A stretch of DNA of 64,000 nt from Macrostomum lignano (GCA_002269645.1 NIVC01001367.1:186001-250000), one strand, 5' to 3'. Positions 1 to 11,717 are shown, counted from the stretch's first letter. Translations and numbers: made by a program. The notes: generated by a model from the letters alone, not told the origin.

Positions 1-490
1 TTACAAGGCTGAGATGCAACAAAAAGCGCTTATGCTTTTTCAAAGCTCTAAATGTTCCAGAAAACTTAATTAGAACGTGTATATTTTTTGTTCTCTTAGA
101 CTTTTTAAACTAACTGTAACTTTCCCTTGTAGAAAAATAGAAAAGTAAAGCTTTTTTGTTCGCTAAACAGGTGTGGCACCTTTAGCAGCTAATCACAGCA
201 AGCGATAAAAACGAGAAAACAGCATTGAACAGAGGGCGCCACACTGTACTAAGGTGGTGATTTATAAAAGTTGTTATAAATCGAACAGCTCACAATGAGT
301 GATTACTTGATATTTCTGACCCTAGCGCTTTGTAATTTTGGCACACAAATCGGCTGCTGAGTTTTCAGTTGCAAGCAAACTTTGAGTAAGAAGCAAAGGC
401 AACAAAGCACCAATGGGGCAGTCACGATTTGCACAGAAAGCAGAGTAACGCATAGCAGTGCATTTCTCTGAGATTTGCACTCCCGACACT

Positions 491-1972
491 TCAGTCTGCA
501 TCCTTGTCTTCGAGCTGCACCAGGAACAACTTCTGCACCAAGCGGGTGAAGCTGGAGCTGGCCTTCAACAGCGAGGTTGGTTTCCTTTGCCAAGCAACGC
601 CGACCAGGTAGACCGGGATGCCGGTCAGGATAATAAGGATGCCCATGACGCTCTCCTGGAAGGCGCCAATGAAGGTGTTGGTGCACAGCAGCACGGTGAG
701 CAGGGTGTACACCACTGGGAACACGATGGGCACCCGAATCGGCCGGGGCGCGAGCGGTCGCGTGATGCGGAAGTACAGCACGATGAAGACAGACAGGCCG
801 ATGGCCAGCCAGTTGACGAAGCCCATGTAGTTCATCAGCATGTAGATGTCATCGGCCACCAAGTAGACGAGCGACAGCAGGCCAACAAGCAGCACAGCTG
901 GCAGCGGTGTCAGCAGCTTGCGCTGGATCATGCAGAGCACGGCTGGCATGTGGCCCTCTTCAGCGGCGGTGTAGAACAGCCTGGACGTGGTGAGCATGAT
1001 GCCGTTGACGCCACCGAAGGTGGACAAAGACACGAAGACGGGCATCACCATGGCCAGCGGGCCGAACAGCTTCTGTGCAAACAGAATGGCAACAGCTGGA
1101 GTGGAGACGAAGATGCTGACTGGCACGGTGGTGAAGTAGGCGGCGTTGGCCAGGACGTAGACCACGGTGACCAGCGCGCAGGAGATGAAGATGGCCAGAG
1201 GCAGGTCCCGCTGCGGATTCTTCATCTCGCCAGTGACGCAGTTCAAGTAGTTCCAGCCATTATAAGCGAACAGGCCGGAGTAGAAGGCCCGCACAAGATT
1301 GCCGATGCCGAGCGTGGTGTCAGCGAAGGCATCATTGAAGGCCTCAACGCGACCGCGGCAAACCTGGGCAACGCCGGCAGCGATGATACCCAGCAGGGCG
1401 ATGGTCTTGCCCCAGGTGCAGACGTCCTGGATAATGGTGGACGCGCGGACGCTGCAGCAGTTGGCGAAGGTGATGATGGTGATGCAGAGGGCAGCCAGCA
1501 GCTTCTCAGTAATGATGGGCGCCTGGCAACCTGTGAAAATTGGCTCCAGGACGTACTTGGCGAATGTGAGTGCCACAATGGTCTGGCCGCAGGGCCGCAT
1601 GACGATGATCTCGCACCAGACGCGCAGGAAGCCGAGGAACGGGCCGAACGCGTCCAGAACATAGGCGTAGTCAGCGCCCGACCGCTGAATCATCGTGCCC
1701 AGCTCCGCGTAGCTGTACGCCCCAAAGAAGCTGAACACGCCGCAAGCGACCCACACTAGCAGGGAGGCGCCTACGCTGTTTACCTCCTTGAAAATGCCAG
1801 TCGGGCTAACAAAGATCCCGGACCCGATGATGGAGCCGACAATGATGCTGACCCCATTGATGAGGGTGATGCGCCGCTTCAGCTGCACCGGGTCCTCTGA
1901 AGAGGCGAGCTCCTCTCCCGAAGCCGCCGCCTTTTTACCAAGGCTCTCCGTTGACTCGCAGGCCTTCGGCAT
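491..1972 (-). CDS. SLC7 family L-type amino acid transporter light chain (LAT/y+LAT-like), 493 aa, single coding exon
   Basis: Intact ORF with LKRRITLINGVSIIVGSIIGSGIFVSPTG (TM1), FSFFGAYSYAELG, YSGLFAYNGWNYLNCVTGEMKNPQRDLP, about 12 hydrophobic segments and the extracellular Cys (PIFTGCQAP) typical of heavy-chain-linked light chains. A 5'UTR intron is at 1973-2066 (G|GTAAGT ... CTCTGTAG|ATG). Confidence 0.95.
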   Translation of the reverse strand: MPKACESTESLGKKAAASGEELASSEDPVQLKRRITLINGVSIIVGSIIGSGIFVSPTGIFKEVNSVGASLLVWVACGVFSFFGAYSYAELGTMIQRSGADYAYVLDAFGPFLGFLRVWCEIIVMRPCGQTIVALTFAKYVLEPIFTGCQAPIITEKLLAALCITIITFANCCSVRASTIIQDVCTWGKTIALLGIIAAGVAQVCRGRVEAFNDAFADTTLGIGNLVRAFYSGLFAYNGWNYLNCVTGEMKNPQRDLPLAIFISCALVTVVYVLANAAYFTTVPVSIFVSTPAVAILFAQKLFGPLAMVMPVFVSLSTFGGVNGIMLTTSRLFYTAAEEGHMPAVLCMIQRKLLTPLPAVLLVGLLSLVYLVADDIYMLMNYMGFVNWLAIGLSVFIVLYFRITRPLAPRPIRVPIVFPVVYTLLTVLLCTNTFIGAFQESVMGILIILTGIPVYLVGVAWQRKPTSLLKASSSFTRLVQKLFLVQLEDKDAD

Positions 1973-3949
1973 CTACAGAGAGCAGAGGCACAGACCGGGA
2001 AACTCAGCTGGTCATCACTCAACAGAACTGAAGCAGGCCTGGCCCAGGTAAATTAAATATACTTACCTACAAACTCAATAGTCCTACGCGAATCAAAACT
2101 CGAATATAGTAGTTCCAGTCAAGGTGAGAAGCAGAAAGCAATTTCATCAATGGCGCATGAATGAAGCAGTGGGGCTGAATGCGAGCCTCTCTAGGCGTTT
2201 CATTGCTTTTTAAATTAGAAAAAACTCGCTGGTTGAGTGGAGGCGCACGCGGCAGCCAAGTGAATTTGTAGGTCGGGGTAGCCCCGGCGGCCAATGAGAC
2301 CCGCCTGTCTCTAGCCAGAGGAAGCAACTGGTAAGGACTAGTTCAGCCCCTCACAATGCTCGCCTATGACCCCGGGGAGAGCAGAGAGGGTGGGCGAGAG
2401 CAGAAGAAAGGCTGATTTTGGCAACCATTTGCTTGGCTACCGCAGGTTGGAGTGCGAGCCCAGATGGCGGACCGCATCGGGTCAAATATTCAGCTCCAGA
2501 CAATCGAAATTCAAACCAAAATAACATGCTGCTATACTCGAACAATGTGAAACAACATTATAGAGTGCAGATTCTGTGTCTAGAATAGATAGATAAAAAA
2601 GGAACAGCTTTGTCAGGGCGAGGTGAGTCAAATGTGCTCCATAAATAGCAAAAATATCTAGGAAGTTTGACCAGATTCCAAAGCACAGAATAGCCTGGCG
2701 AATCGCGGGCAAAAAATAGTAAATAAAAAGATGCAGTAGGAGGTGCAGAGGGGTGGCAGAGTACAAGACTAGAAATAGCTGACGAAACAGGCATAAATCC
2801 AGCAAGAGGCTAGACTGGGCATTTTCATACACAACCAACTGACCTATTAAGTAGAGATGCCAAGCTGGGCACAACAATAAAGAGGACAGGCTCTTGGCTG
2901 AATGCTGACAGACACAGACATGAGAGATTCGCCCGAATCGGCACAAACCACGTGATGCAGGGGTAGAGAAGTAACCAGCCTTGGCTGTCTGTTTTCTATA
3001 AGTAGCGCACAAGTGTAGCTGAGAACTACACAGCATAAAGAGAACACTGCCACATTGTGCATCATTCTCATGGCCCCTCCAAATGTAATAAAAGTTCAGA
3101 CTGACGCCAATGCCAAGACTTGATTGACAAGGCTGTTTGCTATAGAAAATAAAAATATTTAGACAAACAAGTTTCAAAATGCACACACAATGCTACTTAT
3201 AATAGCATTAGATTGGTTTCACTGATGTTTCATAAGCATGTAGCAAGCCAATCAGCTTTCATAAAAAACTTTTCTATAAAAAAGAGCATAAAAATCCAAT
3301 GGCTTTGATGAATTGCAGTTTTGCATCTTAAACCTATATCAAAGACAATAAATGAATACATATTTGCATGTGATTTGCTACATCATATGCCTTTTTATTT
3401 ACATGTATAACTAGCAAATTGAGCTGGTGGTGAAATCAATTTTTTTCTTGTTTCCTTTCTCCTCCATTCTTTCTTGCTTTGCTCCTTTGTTATAAACAGG
3501 TCCCCTAAATGGCCAAAAAGGTCTTTCTAATACAAAATCCGATTGTTTCATGCTAGCAAACCCATCTCCAACTTAATTTTATAGCACAAGACAATGTGTG
3601 TTGATTACATAGCTTTGTTTTATATGCATGACATGGTATTACAAAATAAGAAACATTAGAATAGATTATTTGGGCTGTTTTTTAAGTTGATTTTTGAAGT
3701 AGTTAAATAATACCAAACATGCTAAACTTAGTTTTCAAAATTTGATCCTACCTACTATTAGCCAATATATAAACCTATTAAAGACTTAGCACTCAATATA
3801 ATTTTTTAATTTTGAAAAAAACTCAATCAAGTTAATTATAAGTCTAAATCTATTATAATCATATATGCCCAATACTCTGCCAAGTGGCAAGATATATGCC
3901 CAAGGCATACATATGCAACAGTTGGCCAAGTCTACCAATCTGGCCAACC

Positions 3950-4100
3950 AAGGTGTCACAAAAATGCCACCCGAATAAATACCCAAGTAGTACTAAGTAG
4001 ATAGCAAGGCATTTTGCCTTAATAAGAAAGTCATAGTTACTCATGCCATTTACCCAAAGTTACATTAACTTTGCTTTAGGGTTTCTTTTACTTGTAAAAG
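3950..4100 (-). repeat. Inverted copy of the ~150-bp unit at 6400-6560, containing a 28S-rRNA-like segment (3992-4055)
   Basis: The reverse complement aligns by eye with 6400-6560 (AAAGAAACCCTAAAGCAAA...GGGTAAAyGGCAkGAGTAACTwTGACT...GGGTGGCATTTTT). Confidence 0.75.
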
Positions 4101-5602
4101 AAATTGGCCAAAAACTGTCACATTTTTTGTCAAAACTAAGTTGCACAGCCAACCAACTTTCGGAGATTGCATATGTATGGCACAAGGTAAGTCACAAAAA
4201 TGCCAACCTAAAAATGGGTAAAAAAGAAAGGAAGAAAAAAAGCAAAAGAGGAAAGAAAAAAAGGCAAGGAAATAGAAAAACAAAGGGAAAGAACCAAAAC
4301 AGGCCCAGCAACTGAGGATCTGGGAGCAGAATAGTTGCCAGTTATAAGGTTTCATATATTATGTATTATGTAGACTAAGTAAAACTGAGCTCAACTGCTT
4401 CGATCATTAGCAACAAAATATGCATATATACTCTTGTTTTTAGCCACAGCTGGCAAAATTTATAGACACCCAAAAACAGAGACCATGTTGTAGCTAAAGA
4501 TAACTAAGTCACAACTAGATGCTGGTAAGTCACAACCAAAGAGAAGTAAGTTGCAGCTAAAGACAAGTATTCAAAGGCAAAAGACCCCCACCCCCAAAAA
4601 AGGGCCTTTAATGTTGCAGCTCCAAAAAGGTCTTCTATTACTGCAATCCTAGAAAATAAACTAAGCTACAATTTTTGGAATAGCCAGGTGAAATTTTAAA
4701 GTTGGATATGTAATGATTATAATAATAGAAACAATTATACTGTTTTGATCAGTATATAAAATTTAATACCACTTATTTTATTTAGATAAAAATATTTTGC
4801 CTTAGTATTTTATCTAATAAAATATAATCTAGATACTATTCATATTTAAAGACAAACAATTCAATATAAATACTACAAAAATTTTTAATTTTATATAGGT
4901 CATAAATGCTATATTTAATAAGAAAGGCTATATTTGGAAAAAAATTGACTTGAATTTAAGACATGCAAAAAGGAGGAAAATGACATATTTTTTATTACAT
5001 CCAATTTGTTATTATTGTCAATATATTGATTATTGACTCTTTAACAATAAAAATAAATTGAAAAAAATTGTCAACAAGTTGGCATGTACATAAGGAATTT
5101 TGGCATATATTAGTTATAAAATGGCATTTTTGCAAAATATATTCTGGAATATACAAAAGGCTTTCTTGGCTATGGTATATAAGACAATGTATAAATAAGG
5201 CTTTTTATAATAAAAACTTATTTAGGCAAACTAGAAAAAATCATCTATTACTTGTTCCATTTTATAAATAGTTTACTTTCTAAGCCTAGGATAGAATTCA
5301 TTGTATTAGGTATGTCCAATAGAATTATATAATTTTTATCATGCGCAAAATATTGTCTACTTGTCACACTTTATGATTTCAGAACTTACTAGATTGCAAA
5401 TTACAAATTAGTAAAAATGAGTAATTTTTATTAATTGACTACAAGATGCCAATAAAAATGGAAGTTACACTTATTTTATTTTTTTGTTCTCTAGAACTAG
5501 TTCTATTTTTTAAATTAACTTAAAACAATAGACTAGATGGTTTTCTTAGAAAGCTAAATTTAAATTCCTACCAAATTTGTCTTATTAGGATATTCATTTT
5601 TG

Positions 5603-5604
<2 letters not shown>

Positions 5605-5640
<36 letters not shown>
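5605..5640. repeat. (TA)n microsatellite
   Basis: Run of TA dinucleotides. Confidence 0.9.
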
Positions 5641-5643
<3 letters not shown>

Positions 5644-5914
5644 ATATATATTACTTTGTTATTATTACTGTTTTATATATGTCATATTATTATTATCTTC
5701 AAATATTACTTTAATTAACAATTTGAATCAATTTGACAAAATAGAAAACAATAAAAAATGAAAACCAAAAAATATTTTCCAAAGAACAAATGTATAGCAA
5801 AATTGTAAAAAGGAAAAATAATTTAGCATTTAGTATTTTTATCTTCATTCTTAGCAAAAGCAATATCATCATTTTGCAAATTGCAATATCTTAAGCATAT
5901 TTTTTTAAAAATTG

Positions 5915-6915
5915 GCAATTGCCAAGTTTAGTTTGGTTAATTATTTTGACTCCAGAAAAGTAATCTATGAACTATTTTAAGTACAAATAAATACTTTTAA
6001 GAGACTTAAGGCTGATTAAGCATTAATTATATGCTTCAAAACTTGTCATAATGTATCTGACACTAGAAAGCTGCAATAGTCTATGGCCAAAATGTTTGAA
6101 CATTTTTTTACTTGAAAAAGGGTCTATGGTCTAGTCTAAACATCAATGATTTTCAATAAGTTGACAAATAACAAAAAACAAAAAGTAAAGTCGTAAATTT
6201 AGCAAGGCTATATGCTGCATGCCACATGCATGGGACTTCACAAGCCTTATTTGAAACATACTTAGAGGAATTGTGGTGTCAATTAAACCCAATAAAACCA
6301 TTTGGGAATATTCTATATTGGATTCCTACTACTGTAGTGCCCTATTGCAGCGCATGGCTTAAGTACACCAGACGCCTACACAACCTGCGCCACGCTGTGA
6401 AATGACTTACCTGTGAAAGAAACCCTAAAGCAAAATTAATGCAGTTTTGGGTAAACGGCAGGAGTAACTTTGACTGTCTTATCAAGCCTAAATGCCTCGG
6501 CATCTAATTAGTACTACGCCCGTATTCTATGGGGTGGCATTTTTGCGACTTACCCCTGGTCCACCACCAATGCTGCGCCGCGCAGGCTGATCCGCGCCGG
6601 ACGCCGTCCGCCAAAATGCCCATGCACTGCAATCAGGCTGTAGTATATAAAGCTTTTGCTGTTTGTTGGCCATTTGACCATAAACAATAATATTTTTTAT
6701 TTGTTTCTGTAAAGACATGTTCACTTATTAATGTTTTGGCCATAGACTGTTATAGCTTTCCAGTGTTAGATATATTATAACAAGTTTTGAAACATAGAAT
6801 TAGTGCCTAATTAAGAAAAAGTCTCTTAAAAGTAGTTATTTGTACTTAAAATAGTTTGTATAATACTTTTCTAAAGTCAAAATAATTTACAAATAGAACT
6901 TGACAAGTGCCAAAA
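5915..6915. mobile_element. Decayed foldback/TIR-like element: imperfect inverted arms ~5915-6110 and ~6715-6915
   Basis: The arms align as reverse complements (ATTATTTTGACT..AGAAAAGTA...ACTATTTTAAGTACAAATA...CTTTTAAGAGACT...TTCAAAACTTGT.ATAAT.TATCT.ACACT.GAAAGCT...AGTCTATGGCCAAAA). No TSD was identified. Confidence 0.6.
6449..6512 (+). other. Diverged 64-nt fragment resembling eukaryotic 28S rRNA (helix 69-71 region); not an rRNA gene
   Basis: GGGTAAACGGCAGGAGTAACTTTGACTGTCTTATCAAGCCTAAATGCCTCGGCATCTAATTAGT versus the conserved 28S GGGTAAACGGCGGGAGTAACTATGACTCTCTTAAGGTAGCCAAATGCCTCGTCATCTAATTAGT. The flanks are not rRNA-like. Confidence 0.75.
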
Positions 6916-8930
6916 AATACACATTTGCACTTTTTGATATAATTTTCTAACACATTTTATTTTTAAGTTTTATCATATAATCTCATTTTTAGCTCAATGG
7001 CAAAATGTATTAGATTTTTTGCAGGTTTTCTATCTTAGATCTAAGCCAAGACTTATATAAAATAGATAGTTTAAAAGCCAAAGGAAGATAGATAAGCCAA
7101 GCTGCCAAGGTAAATTAAAAAACTATATTTTAAAATCATAAATGCTAGGCCTAAGCAAGGATTTTTTAATTATTTAAATAATAAAGCTTATTATATAAAA
7201 ATGATTTCAAGATTAGAGACTTCAGTGAAAAAATGTAGAGGCCTATTTACTAAAAAAATGCAATTCTAAAATCAAACTTCTAAGAGTTAAAATGGTTTTA
7301 ATCTATTAATTAGGCCTATGAAAATCTAAAAGGTATAGGACCAAGACCACCACCATATACCAAGACTGCTATACTTGAAGGAGCTAGGGAAGAAATTTGG
7401 CTCAATATCTTATTAGATAGTGATAGAGACAAGATGAGTAGGTAGAAGAAGTAGCAGGACAAGGCTACAAGAAAGGAACCTATGAGAGGAATAGTAATGC
7501 TAGAATATTGGTAGGCCTAGCTCCCCCTCAATACCAGTAGTCAATAATAGCTATGGCAGTCTTAGTTATATACCATCTAAAATAGACAAAAATCTAGAGT
7601 GGACGTGGTCAATTGATTAAGACAAATAAAAAGTAAAGAATCAGACAGCTAATTTAATTATTCTTTTAGACAAAATTTCCTAGACTTGTAGGTTTTTTTT
7701 TAAATACTGAGGTAAAAATTAGATAGTGGCTTAGACACACTCTTGGGAATTGGGATAAATTGACTGTAATTTTTATGTATTTCAGAAAGTTTTATTAAAA
7801 TTTATACAAAAACAGAAAATAAATTTGACAATTAAAAGGCCCAATGTCGTTTGCATTTTTAAATTTTTCAAAATGGAAAAAACAAAATTTGACAATAAAA
7901 AGACCCTTCAAAAACTGTTAAATAAATTTCCTTAATGTTATTTTTTAAATTCAGTGTTTTTGTTTTTATTTCTAAATTAAAGGTGGTTTTTGAAAAGGCA
8001 ATCTTCTGTGACAATATAATTGCCCCCCCCCAGGGGATGTTGTCTAAGTCAATACAGTCTCCTGTGACAGCAGGTTCCGCGAAAGCCCAGCGCGCCCGAG
8101 ACAACGAGTAGTTGACTTAGGGCACCCAAAGACCCGACTGCAGCAGGGCGCCAATGTGAAAATTTTACTCAAGCCGCGACAGCGGCTGCAGACGGCGCAG
8201 GTACGGGAATTGATCGAGAACAAGTCAAAGCACGGCAAATCTTGCGACGCGTTAAGTCAAGGACCAAGGACGACTAGAAATTACCGTTGTATACAAGTCT
8301 TGAAGTCTTGGGCGCAGGAGGAAAACGTTCGATTTGCGGTATCTATTGGGTAAAACAAACGTATTGAGGAACTGCTCAGGAAAGTTGACTCTAGCACTAG
8401 CATTTTGTCACTAACGAAAACAGCACTACGACAGCACTCTTTTTACAAGAGCTTACAAGAGCTTTTCGACTCGCAGGCCGATTTTACCATTAAATGTCAT
8501 TCTGCCAGTGCCCTCCATCATTTCAGATAAGTACATGATGTCATGGATTGATAAATTGCATGTTTTTGTGATCTACAATGTAAATGCATTCAAAAATAAT
8601 TTTTTCTCAACACAATACTGCCACCTGGTTTTGATGCGCTGCATGGCTCCTTGTCTCTATTTTTCCAAACTTCTTTTTCTTCTCGACCCATCACGGCTCT
8701 GCGCTGGAGTGACTCGGCGCTCCTGGAAGTAAAGCCGACATATACTGTACTAGGGAGTCTAACTGTGGATCCCATCCAGTGAGTTGTTGACATGCTGCAT
8801 AACAGTACTCACACCGGAGTGACTTTTTGAGGAATAGCTCAAACACTAACGTGATGCGTGAGAAAGCTGCAATTAAAATGTTTGCTGATGTATTTAGACA
8901 GTGAGAGATCCGTCAGACCAGCTAAAAATT

Positions 8931-10328
8931 TCACGTGAACAGCGGCATTTTTAAGCGCAAAGCGCAGTCGATCAGCATCGGCCCGGCCGCACGCAGCCGG
9001 CAAAGCAGCGCCACGCCTCGAAATCCGTGCGCGTCGCCCCGCGCGAATTCCACAGTGTCAAAAAAGCCGTCAGCCGCTGACGTCGCCAAGTCGAAGGCGC
9101 CGGGCACCAGCGCCAGTTCGAAGTCCGCCTCCAGCGGCCCGGCGGCCGGGCCGTCCGTGTCGACCAGCTTGAGGAAGACGGACGTCAGGCCTGCGGTGGA
9201 CGGCTCGTCAGATGCCGGGTACAGGTGCACCTGCCACAGCCAACCGGGCAGCGGGGCGCAGCTGAACAGCGGCGAGAAGGCCGCCTCGCCAGGCCGCCAG
9301 GCCAGCCGGTGCCAGTCGGCTAGCTGCCAGCGAATGCCGGCCGGGTGGCAGTTTACGTAGCGGCCCTGCTCGTCCGTCTGGCACGTCGGCGGCAGCGGGG
9401 GCAGCTGGCTGATTGGTACGGTGGTCAGGATTGCGGCAGAGCAGGCCACTGTCAGCGAATCGGCGGTCCCGGGGGCGTCATCCAGGCTCAGGGCGAACTC
9501 GAAAATGCCTGGGTAGAAGGCGCCGAAGGTGCGCTTGGCCACGCCGCCGCAAGCGCAGCTCAACTCGGCGAACAGGCGGCCTTCGGGGAACTCGACAGGC
9601 TCCAGACGGGCCGCCTTCACCAGCACCTACTCGTTGGAAATGAGGGACTTGCTCAGTCTGTAATCAGTCTGTAATGACCATTTTGAAATGACCAGACAGT
9701 AATGATATCTGCAATGATCTCTCTTTATTGTCAATTTTGTCCATAATGTCCAATGTCCATTGAATTACCCGCGCACCTGCATCCGCTGACCCTTCCTTCG
9801 CAGCTGGCAGACCCAAGACACGCCCGGCAACAAAGGGTCTGCAAACTCCGGGCTCAGCAGCTGCCGCACCGAGCGGGCGCCCCGCGACCAGCGCGGCACG
9901 GTCCAGGCAAAGCGAGTCAGCCGGTCCGTCGCCCGCCGCTCGGCGGCTCGATCAGCGCAGCTCCAGTCAGCCACCGTCAGCGGGTTCTCAGACTCTCGCG
10001 CCGCCCGGAACAGCCGGGCGGGCAGGTCGCCGCCGCCCTCCGCCTCCGAATAGTCGGCGGAGATCTGGCCGCTCAGCGGCAGCCCTCGAAGGCGCCTGCC
10101 GGCCGACTGAAGGCCGGGGCTGGCGGCCGGCGGCTCTGGCGGTGCGGCACTTGCCGGACGATCCTGCCAACTGAAGAAACAAAGGGCGCCGAGCGCGAGG
10201 AGGCAGCTGGAAAAGATGGCGGCAGCGACCGTCCGCGGCTCGGCCCGCAACTGAGTGGCGAGCAGCAGCGGCGGCAGCGTCAGAGCCAGCAGCAGCAGAA
10301 GCAGCAGCTTCAGAGTCTGCGCCTGCAT
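8931..10328 (-). CDS. Membrane-anchored protein with two MATH (TRAF-like) domains, ~415 aa, 2 exons (10328-9777, 9626-8931)
   Basis: Phase-0 intron 9776-9627 (CAG|GTGCGC ... GTAG|GTG). Two N-terminal hydrophobic stretches are followed by MATH-like motifs RFAWTVPRWS..LLSPEF..VSWVCQL and IRWQLADWH..FSPLFS..WLWQVHLYP..LTSVFLKL..EADFEL..HGF. An alternative ATG is at 10340. Confidence 0.75.
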
Positions 10329-10704
10329 GGCGGAGTGCATGCAAAGATCCCGCCTCAGTCTGGGGGTGCCTCTCGCATCTGAGTCTGCTCGCGTCGGTCT
10401 CCCAGGAGCAGAGCTTTTATGTGAGAACTGAGTGAGCAGCCTGGCGGGTTGGGGGTGCCCGGTAACCCCCAAGACTGCATTGTGCCGCCCCAGGCCTGTA
10501 CAGCTCGGTAGTTTGCATTGTGACTTGGACCCCTCTGAGCGCACAGCTGTGTGCAGAAATGCGAGCAACTTGAGTAGATTTTTGAGTCGCTTCTTAAGCA
10601 TCTATAATTCTATATTGTGTAAATTCTTTAGAAACTGCGAAAGCTGCGTATTGAAACGCATAAAAATTCTCATTTTGTTTAAATACGCTTTAGAAAGTTT
10701 GGGA

Positions 10705-11315
10705 GTCACTGACTGTAATTAAGGAACAGTCACAGCTCACAATGAGAGTCACTGACTGTAATTGAGGAACAGTCACAGCGCACAATGAGAGTCACTGACT
10801 GTAATTGAGGAACAGTCACAGCGCACAATGAGAGTCACTGACTGTAATTGAGGAACAGTCACAGCGCACAATGAGAGTCACTGACTGTAATTGAGGAACA
10901 GTCACAGCTCACAATGAGAGTCAGTGACTGTAATTGAGGAACAGTCACAGCGCACAATGAGAGTCACTGACTGTAATTGAGGAACAGTCACAGCGCACAA
11001 TGAGAGTCAGTGACTGTAATTGAGGAACAGTCACAGCGCACAATGAGAGTCACTGACTGTAATTGAGGAACAGTCACAGCGCACAATGAGAGTCAGTGAC
11101 TGTAATTGAGGAACAGTCACAGCGCACAATGAGAGTCACTGACTGTAATTGAGGAACAGTCACAGCGCACAATGAGAGTCAGTGACTGTAATTGAGGAAC
11201 AGTCACAGCGCACAATGAGAGTCACTGACTGTAATTGAGGAACAGTCACAGCGCACAATGAGAGTCAGTGACTGTAATTGAGGAACAGTCACAGCGCACA
11301 GTGAGAGTCACCGAC
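10705..11315. repeat. 43-bp tandem repeat (~14 copies) with an internal inverted repeat
   Basis: Unit GAGAGTCACTGACTGTAATTGAGGAACAGTCACAGCGCACAAT; TGACTGT/ACAGTCA stem in each unit. Confidence 0.95.
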
Positions 11316-11419
11316 TGCAATCAATGAGTCATCTGTCACTGGCGAATTGCATTAAAAATGAGCTGCAAGCAATAAATATTCATTCAACAGTTCCAGGCCG
11401 AGGCAGAATGAAATTCCTG

Positions 11420-11683
11420 CAGCCAATCAGTGATCAGATTTACTTTTAATCATTAGCAGCCAATCAGTGATCAGATGTACTTTTAATCATTAGCAGCCAA
11501 TCAGTGATCAGATGTACTTTTAATCGTTAGCAGCCAATCAGTGATCAGATGTACTTTTAATCATTAGCAGCCAATCAGTGATCAGATGTACTTTTAATCA
11601 TTAGCAGCCAATCAGTGATCAGATTTACTTTTAATCATTAGCAGCCAATCAGTGATCAGATGTACTTTTAATCGTTAGCAGCC
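11420..11683. repeat. 37-bp tandem repeat (~7 copies)
   Basis: Unit CAGCCAATCAGTGATCAGATGTACTTTTAATCATTAG. Confidence 0.95.
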
Positions 11684-11717
11684 ATGAACATTTTGCAATT
11701 AGAACTGTGGCGGCAGC

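Noticed and set aside
458-1759. 433-aa antisense ORF over the SLC7 gene (and similar shadows over other GC-rich exons)
   Set aside because: Expected by-product of strong GC3 codon bias on the opposite strand; no independent features.
2067-2327. 86-aa uORF of the SLC7 gene
   Set aside because: It begins with TTG just after an acceptor (CCTTACCAG|) and has no recognisable protein features; better explained as a non-coding 5'UTR exon.
6449-6512. Functional rRNA gene
   Set aside because: Only about 64 nt match, with substitutions at conserved positions and non-rRNA flanks.
8038-8520. Solo or 3' LTR (purine run then TGTTG..., ATTAAA near 8490)
   Set aside because: No second LTR, PBS, TSD or gag/pol remnant could be identified, so it is not supportable without a library search.
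10705-11315. CRISPR-like hairpin repeat
   Set aside because: Units are head-to-tail with no spacers.
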